64,000 bases of DNA from Azolla caroliniana (lineage: Eukaryota > Plantae > Polypodiophyta), in the NCBI GenBank assembly GCA_043228905.1, contig JBHGNT010000013.1, forward strand, positions 496,001 to 560,000, read 5' to 3'. A model generated the notes under the pieces. The model searched no databases. It worked only from the letters and a program-made list of their open reading frames with translations, and was not told the origin of the DNA. Both the position numbers and the translations under genes were made by a program. Position 1 is the first letter of the stretch, and every line of letters starts with the position of its first letter. Shown here one piece after another: positions 13,433 to 24,433 of the stretch.

Positions 13433-13811
13433 CTTGTCTTACGTACACACACACACACATGGTTCACTTCCGCTACACAAGATCACCTACACTCATGCTT
13501 CTTTACAAGAGCATTTCAATATATATTGATTTTAAAATAGAGACTAACACTTTTTATATGAGAAAGTTGTCGTGAATAAATGTTTATGCATCTGTATATG
13601 GATGTTGTGAGCATAACCTAGAAAAGCCAAAGGAACAAGCCCTAAAAAATCAAGGGTCAAGCTATAGTCCAACAAGGTGTGGACACAACATGAGAAAGGC
13701 ATGCATTGATTGATGTGAATAAGACATACTAGAGAGAAAGCTCAATTGGGCCAATTTAGATGAGGCATTGATATTCTTTGAGTTTTGTTTTGTAGAGAGA
13801 GAGAGAGAGAG

Positions 13812-15024
13812 TATATTATCGTCTTCGGAGGTCAAATATGACCTATGAGACCAAAAATATTACATTTCACGTGATACGTGTGAAGGTGACTAGCGACTCT
13901 CGATGTTCAAGAACTTTACCAATGAATGTTGCAATCAAGAGTGCACATCGTGGTTGTGAGAGAAATTCGTGCAAGGATTGGGTTGGATCGAAGAGATGTG
14001 GAAAGCATGGTCGAATATGATCAAAGGTTGAGCATTGTATCAAAGTGTGACTCAGATTCGCAAACTTGTTTAGGGCGAAGTGTTCATAGCGGACCACCCT
14101 CATCACTTGTGCCCCAACATTCTGTCTCACATCGCAATGGATGTGAGCTAAGTCGCATGGAAGCAATGTTTCAAATGGCAGATAACGGTATGGGCTCTAA
14201 CATGTATCGATGTGTATGGTTTCCCCATTCCGCAAAGAATATGGTTTTGTAGTTAGGTGCAACATGTGTAGTATAATGTGTGAAGCATGTGCCTCCACAT
14301 TTGTCCCATGTCATGATACATTGGTGTTGCAAAAAGGCCTCATTTACAGAGGAATCTAGTGACGCATCATGAAGCAAGTGTCTCGCATCCCATCTACCAA
14401 ACCATTTTTCTAAATCTTGCATCCAACCGGAACAAAAAATATTGTTTTTATACGTCTTTTGGATCTTTTTGCTTGCTTCCCATGCAATTCTAGGAAATCG
14501 ATGTGAGGGACTTTGTTGAACCTTAAGTATGTATTCAACAACCCTTTCCATGGCCAAGATCTCAATGGGAAGCGATCCCGTCTCAAGGACGAGGAGGGTG
14601 TAGGGCGTTTCTTTCTTAACTTGTAGAAACTTTGTAACAAAATGTTTTTGGACATTTTCAAAATCTTTAAACATAGATTTAGGGATTCTACCGCCCCATA
14701 CTTCCACCCCATAAAGAAGAACCGGTGTCACCAAAGTGTCGAAAAGATATTTCTTGAGGACCCAACACTTAATATCTCCAAGATTGCATGTGTTCTCAAA
14801 TGCATAGTATGATCGTTTACCCGCCTCTAAGCAGCGTGTAGCACAATCATTCCATTTCTTATTTGAAGGAACTTCAAGGCCAAGATATTTGAAGCTTTCC
14901 ACACATTCAAGTGGCTCATTGTTGTACATATTGCATGGTTTATCTCTTTTTTGGCTCTTCACAAACATAATCTTTGTTTTAGAGCTATTGAGACTTAATC
15001 TAGTATGCATGCAAAAATTGTTTT
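13812..15024 (-). mobile_element. RTE-X-like LINE family A, copy 1 (5'-truncated)
   Basis: ORF 14171-15010 (KTKIM...FKYLG...LLYGVEVWG) is the post-RT region. Flanked by (GA)n at 13794-13811 and 15025-15039. Confidence 0.85.
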
Positions 15025-15039
15025 AGAGAGAGAGAGAGA

Positions 15040-16134
15040 TGTTGTAATTCTTTGCAAAAAGAGTTATTGTGTCTTCTCGGTTATTATGTTGGCTTAGAAA
15101 AGAGAGATTGTGCTCTCAATTTAATCATTTGTTTCATTTGGGGGTCAAAGAGGTGGGAGATATAATTGAGGCTGCATCTCAAAGAAATTTGGGTTTGTTG
15201 AAGCACGACAATTATTATGCAACCCGCCTACTTACAGGTTTATCTTGTAACAACAACAAAATATTGCATTGATGCAATGTCCTTTACGTTTACAAATAGG
15301 AGAGCAATTGTAGATTTATTGGTCTTTACGAGGCTAGACGTTGTTTTTACAAGTGACTATCAATCTTTTGTATCATTTCTCCGTTGAGTCTCTTCGATGG
15401 CGATCATCTGAGGTTGAAGAAGAATAGAAAATACATAACTCTAATTATGGATGGTGACAAAATCTTAAGACGTCGTTGACATTCTAAATTGGTGCTCGCA
15501 ACAACGGTCTTCATTTGGAGAGTTTTGATTGGGATTTGCCTTTGGGATTAGCTCTAAAGAGATGTGGACTAACAAAGGGCAATTGTTTCTTTTGCATTGT
15601 TCAAATGGAAGATAATACTCATTGTTTCATGCATTGTTTGATTGCTTGTCAAATTTGGAGTTACATTTCTCAAAATTGCCGAGTTTTATGACAATGTTAT
15701 TTGATGCCTAGACAATGGGTGTTCGCACAATTTACACAATTTGACCCAACATCACAGATGGAGATCATTTTCCTATTTCTGAGGTATTGGGGAATGCGTC
15801 ATAATTGGGACATGGGTGTTCGCACAATTTACACAATTTGACCCAACATCATAGATGGAGATCATTTTCCTATTTCTGAGGTATTGGGGAATGCTTTTGT
15901 ATTTTATGGTAGGCATGGAGTCAAAGCATATCTACGAAAGTTTACAGGAGTACTAATGTGGCAATTTTCATTATTGGAGAAAGTGGAAATTTTTTTCTCA
16001 GTGGAGTGTTCGCCTTGCCTATTGGCAATTCAACATGTTCCACAACCCATGTAGTTAGTGGGTGACCATACTCCATTGTGACACCCATTGTAAGTAGTGT
16101 TTTTCACAAACATTTATTAATATAATTGTGTGTT

Positions 16135-16139
<5 letters not shown>
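15040..16139 (+). mobile_element. L1/Tx1-like LINE, 5'-truncated and decayed copy
   Basis: Homologous to 22229-23254 (zf-RVT region) with the same 3' terminus ttaatataattgtgtg-tttt. Flanked by (GA)n. Contains a ~98 bp tandem duplication at 15714-15894. Confidence 0.8.
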
Positions 16140-16194
<55 letters not shown>

Positions 16195-16197
<3 letters not shown>

Positions 16198-16400
16198 AGA
16201 TGGATGTAGCTAAGTTGGTAAGGTTGCCCAATGGAGACCAGGTGGTCATGGGTTCAACCCTTACATTCCACAGTGACATCTAGTGAATTAAGAGATATAT
16301 AAGAAGTATATAATAGAGAGGTGAGGAAGTTGGGTTTCGAACCCAAAACGCATTGCTTGTAGTGCTAACAACTTACCAGTAGGGTAAGGTAATTACGATA
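16195..16400. mobile_element. SINE-like element with two convergent tRNA-like modules
   Basis: + module 16202-16268 (A box tagctaagttgg, B box ggttcaaccc). - module 16329-16387 (taccctactggtaa, ggttcgaaaccc). Second full copy at 28644-28825. Confidence 0.7.
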
Positions 16401-16441
16401 AATAATAATAATAATAAATAAATCAAGATAGATATATAGAT

Positions 16442-17815
16442 TATATTATCGTCTTCAGAGGTCATATTTGACCTATGAGACCAAAAATATTACATTTCAC
16501 GTGATACGTGTGAAGGTGACTAGCGACTCTCGATGTTCAAGAACTTTACCAATGAATGTTGCAATCGAGAGTGCACATCGTGGTTGTGAGAGAAATTCGT
16601 TCAAGGATTGGGTTCGATCGAAGAGATGTGGAAAGAATGGTCGAATATGATCAAAGGCAGAGCATTGTATCAAAGTGTGATACTCAGACTCTCGAACTTG
16701 TTTAGGGCAAAGTGTGCATAGTCGGCCACTCTCATCACTTGTGCCCTAACGTTCTGTCTCACATCTCAATGCGTGTGAGCTAAGTTACATGGAAGCAATG
16801 CTCCGAATGGCAGATATCAGGATGGGCTCTAACATGTATCGATGTGTACGGCTTTCCCGTTCCCGAAGAATATAGTTTTGTGGTTAGGTGCAACATTTGT
16901 AGTATAATGTGTGAAGCGTGAGCCACCACATTTGTCCCATGTCATGATACATTGGCGTTGCAAAAAGGCCTCATTTACAGAGGAATCTAGTGACGCATCA
17001 TGAAGCAAGTGTCTCGCATCCCATCTACCAAACCATTTTTCTAAATCTTGCATCCAACCGGAACACAAAATTTTGCTTTTATGTGTCTTTTAGATCTTTT
17101 GCTTGCTTCCCATGCAATTCTAGGAAGTCGATGTGAGGGGCTTTTTTGAACCTTAAGCATGTATTCAACAACCCTTTCCATGGCCATGATCTCAATGGGA
17201 AGTGATCCCGTCTCAAGGACGAGGAGGGTGTACGGCGTTTCTTTCTTAACTTGTAGAAACTTCGTAAGAAAATGTTTTTGGACATTTTCAAACTCTTTCC
17301 ACGTAGATTTAGGGATGCTACCGCCCCATACTTCCACCCCATAAAGAAGAACCGGTGTCACCAAAGTGTCAAAAAGATATTTCTTGAGGACCCAACAATT
17401 AATATCTCCAAGATTGCATGTGATCTCAAATGCATAATATGCTCGCTTACCCGCCTCTAAGCAGCGGGTAGCACATTCCGTCCATTTCTTATTTGAAGGA
17501 ACTTCAAGGCCAAGATATTTGAAGCTTTCCACACATTCAAGTGGCTCATTGTTGTACATAATGCATGGTTTATCTCTTTTTTGACTCTTCACAAACATAA
17601 TCTTTGTTTTAGAGCTATTGAGACTTAATCTAGTATGCATGCAAAAAAAATTCAATGCCTTCATAAGCTTTTGTGCATCTCCTAAAGTATTTGCAAAAAG
17701 CACTACATCATCCGCATATAACAAAAGCATAATCACAACATTCCCAATGGCAACTTCTTCAACACATTCTTCCTTTACAAACTTGGTAACCATTTCTTCT
17801 AATTCATCAATGCAT
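16442..17815 (-). mobile_element. RTE-X-like LINE family A, copy 2 (5'-truncated)
   Basis: ORF 17041-17793 with LLYADDVVL; closely similar to 13812-15024; (GA)n at 17816-17838. Confidence 0.88.
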
Positions 17816-17841
17816 AGAGAGAGAGAGAGAGAGAGAGAAAG

Positions 17842-20455
17842 ATATATTAACGTCTTCTAAGGCCAAAATTGGCCCATGAGACAAATGGTTTACAACAAAA
17901 AATGGGATATTTACCCATTCATCGAAAGTAAAAAATAAAAATAAAAATAGAAACATGTTCTACAATGAAAATGATATTATACTAGGCCTAATTTCATTTC
18001 CATCCAAGTCTCTCGAAGAGAAGCGGTAGGTCAAAGGGTTTCGATGTGGATGTGGCTCGTGGCCCCAATGTAAAAGGTAAAAGGTACCCCAACCATAGCT
18101 TCTAGTCAACGTACCTCACATTCCCTTATCTTCTTAATCCTTTCTACTCCTAGTCAACTTGTTTTGAAGCCCAACATCCGAGGGCGTTTGGTTGTTCTTT
18201 GTGTTTCGGCTTCCTCAAAAGAGAGGCATAACAGCATCAGTGTATCCACATTCATCGTCTGCCCTTGCTCTTGAAAAATTACACTAGTTACAAGTTGATG
18301 AATAGTAAAAGGGTTATGGTTAACACTTTGTAATTTATTCTCCCTATGTTGTTTTAGTTCTAAGATATACCTACCTAGTCTCTTTACACTCGGGGTATCT
18401 AATAGTTTGGAGAGGGTGGGAGAGGGTCCTAATATGTCTTGGTAATCCACTCGTATCTCAGCATAAGTTGGGCACTTGCATGTGAAATGATACTCATCCT
18501 CTATCTCTATGTGGCACAACCTACATAGCCTTTCCTCCCTAGGGACTCTATTAGCTCGACCATTCTCAATCTCAAGTTGGTGAGATGATATCCTAAGTTG
18601 TCCAATGGCAACCCTTACTGCATTTGATAAGAATGTATCTAGATATCTTGGTTGTGTAATAAAACCTAACTTAGAGAAGTGCAAGAAGTGTTCCTTATAG
18701 TACAACATTTTAGATGGGGGTGCCTCTCATGGGGTGATCCATTTATATCGAGTGTAAATTTGCTATATTTCTTGGTGTATCACTCTATTACTGTCTTCAT
18801 GAGATATTAGGGTTTAGTCAGTCCCATGGTTGTACTTAATGGGGGGTAGGTTATTAATGTTTATGCCATTTGCGAGTAACCAACTCACCACAATGTTATA
18901 CCAAGAGCTAGTGTCTCCCGACGCATGTAGGGATCGAGATGCCTCAAAGGCTCGACGGGATATCCTATCTTGTGGTTGGCTATGTATCCGATGAATAAAA
19001 ACTACCACTTGAAACAGTGCTTCTACTAACATCGGGGGTAGACTGAACTCTGCTCTAATAATGTCATGTGGTACTGTCGATTTGCTTCGGAGTTGACGTG
19101 ATAACATCGTCACCAAAGGTCTCTCTAATTGCATCCACATGAAAGATGGTAGACATGGAGCCCATACTACTGATGCATGCATGAGGGAAGGGGTCACTAA
19201 TGAGTCGAAGAGCCATCCCTTAGTTCGTGGCTCTTGAAAGTATGCCTAGTGGCCTTGTCTCTCTAGGAGTGAGAGGGATGCATACCCTCTCGTTAGCCTA
19301 TCTTTGGCTACCTGGGTCATCGAGAATTTACCTGAGCGAGCACTAAAAGTGACTCCCAAGTATACACATGATCCAACTACCGCAACTATTTTATGGGAGA
19401 GGATTAGGTGACATTTACTCCTAACTCGGGATGATGTATGAAAGATAAGGACTTTAGTTTTCGCTAGATTCACTATCAGCCCTCGTTGTGTACAAAAGTC
19501 ATCTAGGGCATTAAGATGCTTTTGTAGGTCGTGTTTTGACTCTGAGAGCAAGACAATGTCGTCTGCATAGAGTAAGAGACTAACTTGCATATCCCCAATA
19601 GCTAATCTCGTGCCTCCCTTACGAGCAATAAAATCAGTGATCTCATCAATGTAGATCCCAAAAAGAGTCAGTGATAGGGGGCAACCCTGTTTTACACCAA
19701 TGGTGCTAGTGAAACAATCGGATAGGCCACCTAGGGATCTTACACACCTAGAGACTTGCTCATATAGGGCATAAATGGCCCAAATCATGTCATTTGGTAT
19801 CTCCAAGCTCTTAAGTCTATCAAACAACTTCTCCCTAGGAACTGTGTCAAAGGCTTTGCGGAAGTCCACAAAGCAACAATATAGTTTCTTTTTACGAGCC
19901 TTCATCTGGTCAATTAAGCACCTAAGTGTGAAGATATGGCAAATAGTGGAGAAGGCTCATCTAAAGCCAGCCTGCTCAGGTGCTCGAAGACTTAATGTTT
20001 CCATATAATCGCTAAGCTCTACTTCCATTACCGCACCATATAGTTTAGCAAGCGTATGGCCTATCATAATGGTCCTATATGTATTTGGGTCCCCTCCTTT
20101 ATGTATAGCGGCCACTATGTTCAGGGTCCATTGTGGTGGAAAACCCTCGGCGAGGGTGCGGTTGAAGATTAGAGTGAGAAAGGGGGCTAGGCACTCTCGA
20201 ACATATATGATGTGCTCAGCTCGCAATCCTGTGTGGTCCATGGATTTCCTATGTTGTAATTTTTTTATGGCCTTCGTGACCCTAGAGGTCGTGAAAAATG
20301 TCCCCATGTTAGGTCGAGGTGTGGAAGGCATTGGGATGGGTGGTTGGTTCGGGACATGGTAGAGTCTCTCAATATATGTGTGCCAAATATTGGGATCCTC
20401 GGTGGGTGTTTATGGTTGCGGTTCCCGTAGTCTCTTCCATGCAAGGACTGATTTC
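17842..20455 (-). mobile_element. RTE-X-like LINE family B, copy 2 (5'-truncated, RT to 3' end)
   Basis: EQAGFR, FVDFRKAFDTV, GVKQGCPLS, LLYADDIVL and C-terminal RLCRLC...EDEYHFTCKCP; 3' end abuts (TC)n on its sense strand. Confidence 0.9.
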
Positions 20456-23251
20456 CCAACATTTTTAAGGATTAAGACCACCATATGCTCGTTCAAATGT
20501 GGTACAAATTAGGATAGGGGATGACATTGTTGTATACCCAGTCAAGGTTATTGAGTTATGTATTACTCATTTTAAGAATTTTATTGGGCCAGAGTTGATT
20601 ATTAATGAGGATGTCTTGAAAGCTCAACAAGAGTTTTATAATGTAATTGGGAGTGCCGTGAATACAAATATTTGTCAAGAATTGGATGTTGATTTTGAAG
20701 AAGTTGAGGTGGAAAAGGTATTGTTACACCTTCCAAATGGTAAAAGCCCTCGCTGGGATGGTGTTACAAATGAAGTTTTTAAGAAGTATGTGAGCCTGCT
20801 TAAGAGTCCATTCACACAAATGTTTCAACAATGTTGGGATTCTATTCTAGTTTCATGCCTGAGAGCTGGAAGGTGGGCTTAATCAAATTGATACCGAAGC
20901 TACCATCTCCGGAGTCATTTCATCTATGGAGGCCTATTTCATTGATGGGAGGGTTGTACAAAGTGTTTGCAAAGATATTATCCAACTGACTTAAGAAGTT
21001 CTTACCTCAACTTATTCATCCATATCAATATGGTTTTATTATAGGTAGAAATATATTGCATAATGTTTTGAATGTTCAAATGGCGACCGATTATGTGTGA
21101 CATACACATCAAGAAATGGTTATGGCGCAATTAGATTTGGAAAAAGCATATGATCATGTTAATTGGTCTTTTCTCTCAGGTGTGATGTATAATATGGGGT
21201 TTGGTCCTCGTATGTGTCGACTTATCTTTTTGCTAGGGCAAAATGCAACCTCCCATGTGATGCTTAATGGCGGAGTCACTCCGAAAGTGTTTCTTACTAG
21301 ATCCATGCGGCAAGGATGTCCACTAAGCCCATTATTATTTGCTATTGTTACACATCCTTTGTTAGTAATGTTGTCAAATCTTGCGGCCAGTGGTGATATT
21401 GTGGGTTTGCATCTTCCTTCTAGTGGACAATTGGTGGCACAAGCATTGGCAGATGATTCTTTTATGTTTTTACAAGCCTCAAAAGAAAATCTTAAAAGGA
21501 GTATGCAAGTTTGGGATCAATTTGCTTTGGCTTTAGGGTTGTATATCAATTGGAGGAAGTCTCGCCTTATTTCTTGTACGGAGAGTGATATGGAATGTTT
21601 GGGATGGCGAGGGTCAGTGATTACACGAGGTTCAATTTATTGACATTTGGGTTATCCATTGGGCATTGATGTTACAAATTTCAATTGATTGATTGGATTG
21701 GTAGTAAATTGAGGGACAAATTTATGTATTGGAAGTCTCAATTATGGCCCTTTCATGTACGACTCAAAGTGGTGCAATGTATCTTGATACCCATGTTATT
21801 ATATTTTTTGCCTTTACTTTCTTGGACTAAGAAGGCATTACAAAGCATGTTACAACCTATTCGGTTCATGTTGTGGCGGAAGGGAGAAATGATGGGAGTT
21901 ACATGGATTTCATGGGACCATTTGGCTACTCTTAAAACATTAGGTGGTGCAGCAATATTGGATTTGGAAAGGCACTTGATGGCTCGTAGATTTACATTAT
22001 TACGAGATATATGTCAACAAAATCAACCATGGATATCTATGATGCAATATTTTATTGAGCATGAAGGATTGATGCATGGGAAAACAAAGATTCAAGCATC
22101 ATGGTGGTCACTACTGAATGAAAGTATTCCTCTAAAGATTCGACATTCTGTATGTGGACAACATTTGGTAAGATCGTGGCAAGATGCATTATCTCTTTTT
22201 GAATAGGGACCATCAAGTGATCGAGAATATTGTAATTCATTACAAAATGAATTGTTTGTTTCTTCTCGAGTGTTGTTTTGGCATGGGAAAGAGAAGTTGA
22301 GATCTCAATTCAATCGTTTATTTCGATTGGGGATTGTACATTTGGAAGATGTGGTTGATAATGAATCTCAAAGGTTGTCGGGTTTTGAAGATGCCAAGAG
22401 ATGGTTATGTATTCCCCCAAATTATGGATTTATTTGGGAGAAATTACATGATATACCATTGTTGCAAGGATCTTTGCCATTGAAAACCAATTTTGCACCT
22501 TGGGTAGATTGGCGGTTACAAGATGGTACACGCTTGTTATCGGTCACTACAAATATATTGTATCATCATGCGATGGCATCATTATATTGGCTATTTCCTA
22601 AAGCAACGAAGGTGTGGAATGTATATAAGTCAGATGCAATGTGGTGGAAAATATTACAACGTGGTTGGCATTCCCATCTACCATTTCATGCAAAGGTATT
22701 CATATGGAGAGTCATGATTGGTGGGCTCCCATTAGGTTCGGCCTTAAAGAGACGAGGACTAGGATTTGGCACTTGTTTCTTTTGCATTGTTCTATTGGAG
22801 GATAGTACACATAGGTTCATTAAATGTCCTATAGCGTGTACCATTTGGAAGTACTTATTGGACATTTGGCAAGTTTTAACCCGTTGTTGTTTGAGGCCTC
22901 AACAATGGGTTTTTTCTCAATATGTTCAAAATGGATCAAATGATGAGATGGAGATCTTGTTCCAATTTTTACGTTATTGGGGTCTACAACACAATTGGAA
23001 TATACGTAATGCTTTCATGTTTGATAATAGACATGGGGTGAAAGCCTATATAAAGAAGCTTAAAGGTATTCTCATGTGGAATTTTTGGATGTTAGAGCAT
23101 GTGGGGATCATTTCCTCAAATGCATATTCAGGTTTTTTAGTAGCATTACGGAATGTCCCTCTCCCTACATAGGCATATGATATGTAGAGGAGACTAAGAA
23201 GTGTTGTAACTAAGTGGATTTTACATACAATTAATATAATTGTGTGCTTTT

Positions 23252-23254
<3 letters not shown>
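20456..23254 (+). mobile_element. L1/Tx1-like LINE ORF2 (RT + zf-RVT), 5'-truncated, with stops
   Basis: GKSPRWDG, LDLEKAYDHV, RQGCPLSPLLF, LADD, KVFIWR...CFFC...EDSTHRFIKCP; 3' end runs straight into (GA)n at 23255-23302. Confidence 0.92.
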
Positions 23255-23306
<52 letters not shown>

Positions 23307-23965
23307 GGAAATGATATCATATTATTTAGCAAGTACTATCTAGGCTTTCACAAATATTTGTAAAACATTCATGCATCGATTAAATTCTTATACATACTTA
23401 AAAGTCAAAGATAGGGGGGCAAATGAGATTACAAATTATTGAAAAACCATAATCTCATTATGCATTGCATATTTTAGGCATCTTCCATTATCATCGAGAA
23501 CAACTAGGAGCACTCATATAATTTAAAACGTGAAAGCACGGTTTTCTTAAAAAACTCCAATGTCAGTTATCTTTTACGTTTGAAACAAAGGATTTGTGTG
23601 TGTATGTATGTTCTTGCTTCGGACATCTTTATGCGAGTGGGACCCTTAAGGTTTAGTAAAAAGAGGACATGTGTGATGTGTATGAATACATAAAATGCTT
23701 AAGTAGCGAATAAAGGTTACGATCATAAAAGGGATCCACCCTATGGGTTCTTTACTTCAAGAAACAATATTATCCCCTAAGCTACACAAAGAGCCGAGAC
23801 TAGGCAAACATATAGCTAATAGTGTGGAGACTATTGCGATCTCCAAAGGATAACCAAACAGATACGGGCCCTCGTCGTCTTCTTTTCTATTTCCGGCGGT
23901 CGAGACAAGAATGGCACGTAACCCGAGAGAAAGCCAAGGACAAGGTATTGACGAACAATGTGTGT

Positions 23966-24140
23966 ATACGTGGATCCATACTCTTCTTCTTCTTCTTCTT
24001 CTTCTTCTTCTCCGATGTACATGGATCCATACTCTTCTTCTTATTCTTCTTCTACAGGGAGTACATGGATCCATATTCTTCTTCATCTTTCTCGTCTTCT
24101 TCTTCTTCTTCTTGGGTGCACATGGATCCATATCTTCTTC
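23966..24140. repeat. Four TGGATCCAT core repeats separated by (TTC)n-rich spacers, upstream of UBC
   Basis: Copies near 23971, 24020, 24064 and 24121. Confidence 0.85.
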
Positions 24141-24433
24141 AAGAGAGAGAGAGAGAGAGATGAGAGAGATGTAGCCAGCTAGCCAAAAACAAGCCCTATT
24201 TTTGGAGTTTTGTAAAAGAGAGGATGGGGTTCCTTCTTGTAGAAAGGCCATTTCTATAATTTCCTCTAAAATATCTTTTCTTCTCTCTTTCTCTTTCTTC
24301 CTCTTTCTTTCTCTTTCTCTCTCTTCTCTGTGTGTCGTGTATGTGTACATATTTGGAATGGGTCGTTTTTCATCGCCCATGTCCCTTTTCTGTCTTCTGT
24401 CTTCTTCCGTCTTAGCCTCTCTGATCCCTCGCC

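Larger units (their letters stand above)
6369..13507 (+). mobile_element. Ty1/Copia LTR retrotransposon (decayed), 3' LTR split by a LINE insertion
   Basis: 5' LTR 6369-6631 and PBS tggtatcaaagc at 6632-6643. Internal gag, GAG-pre-integrase (CEACQFGKQHR), integrase (SDVW...FIDDFSR...SDGGKEY), RT (LYVDDL) and RNase H (STEAEY) fragments carry many stops and frameshifts. 3' LTR is 10867-11068 plus 13390-13507. Confidence 0.93.

Noticed and set aside
6360-13515. Target-site duplication for the first Copia
   Set aside because: The flanks (agttt versus agagc) do not match and the 5' TG is mutated, so no TSD is claimed.
16202-16268. Functional tRNA gene
   Set aside because: The anticodon arm does not pair convincingly, the second copy has degenerate A/B boxes, and it is embedded in a dispersed repeat. 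Treated as SINE-like.
23966-24140. CRISPR array
   Set aside because: Eukaryotic context, repeats of only ~14 bp, spacers are simple (TTC)n, and there are no cas genes.
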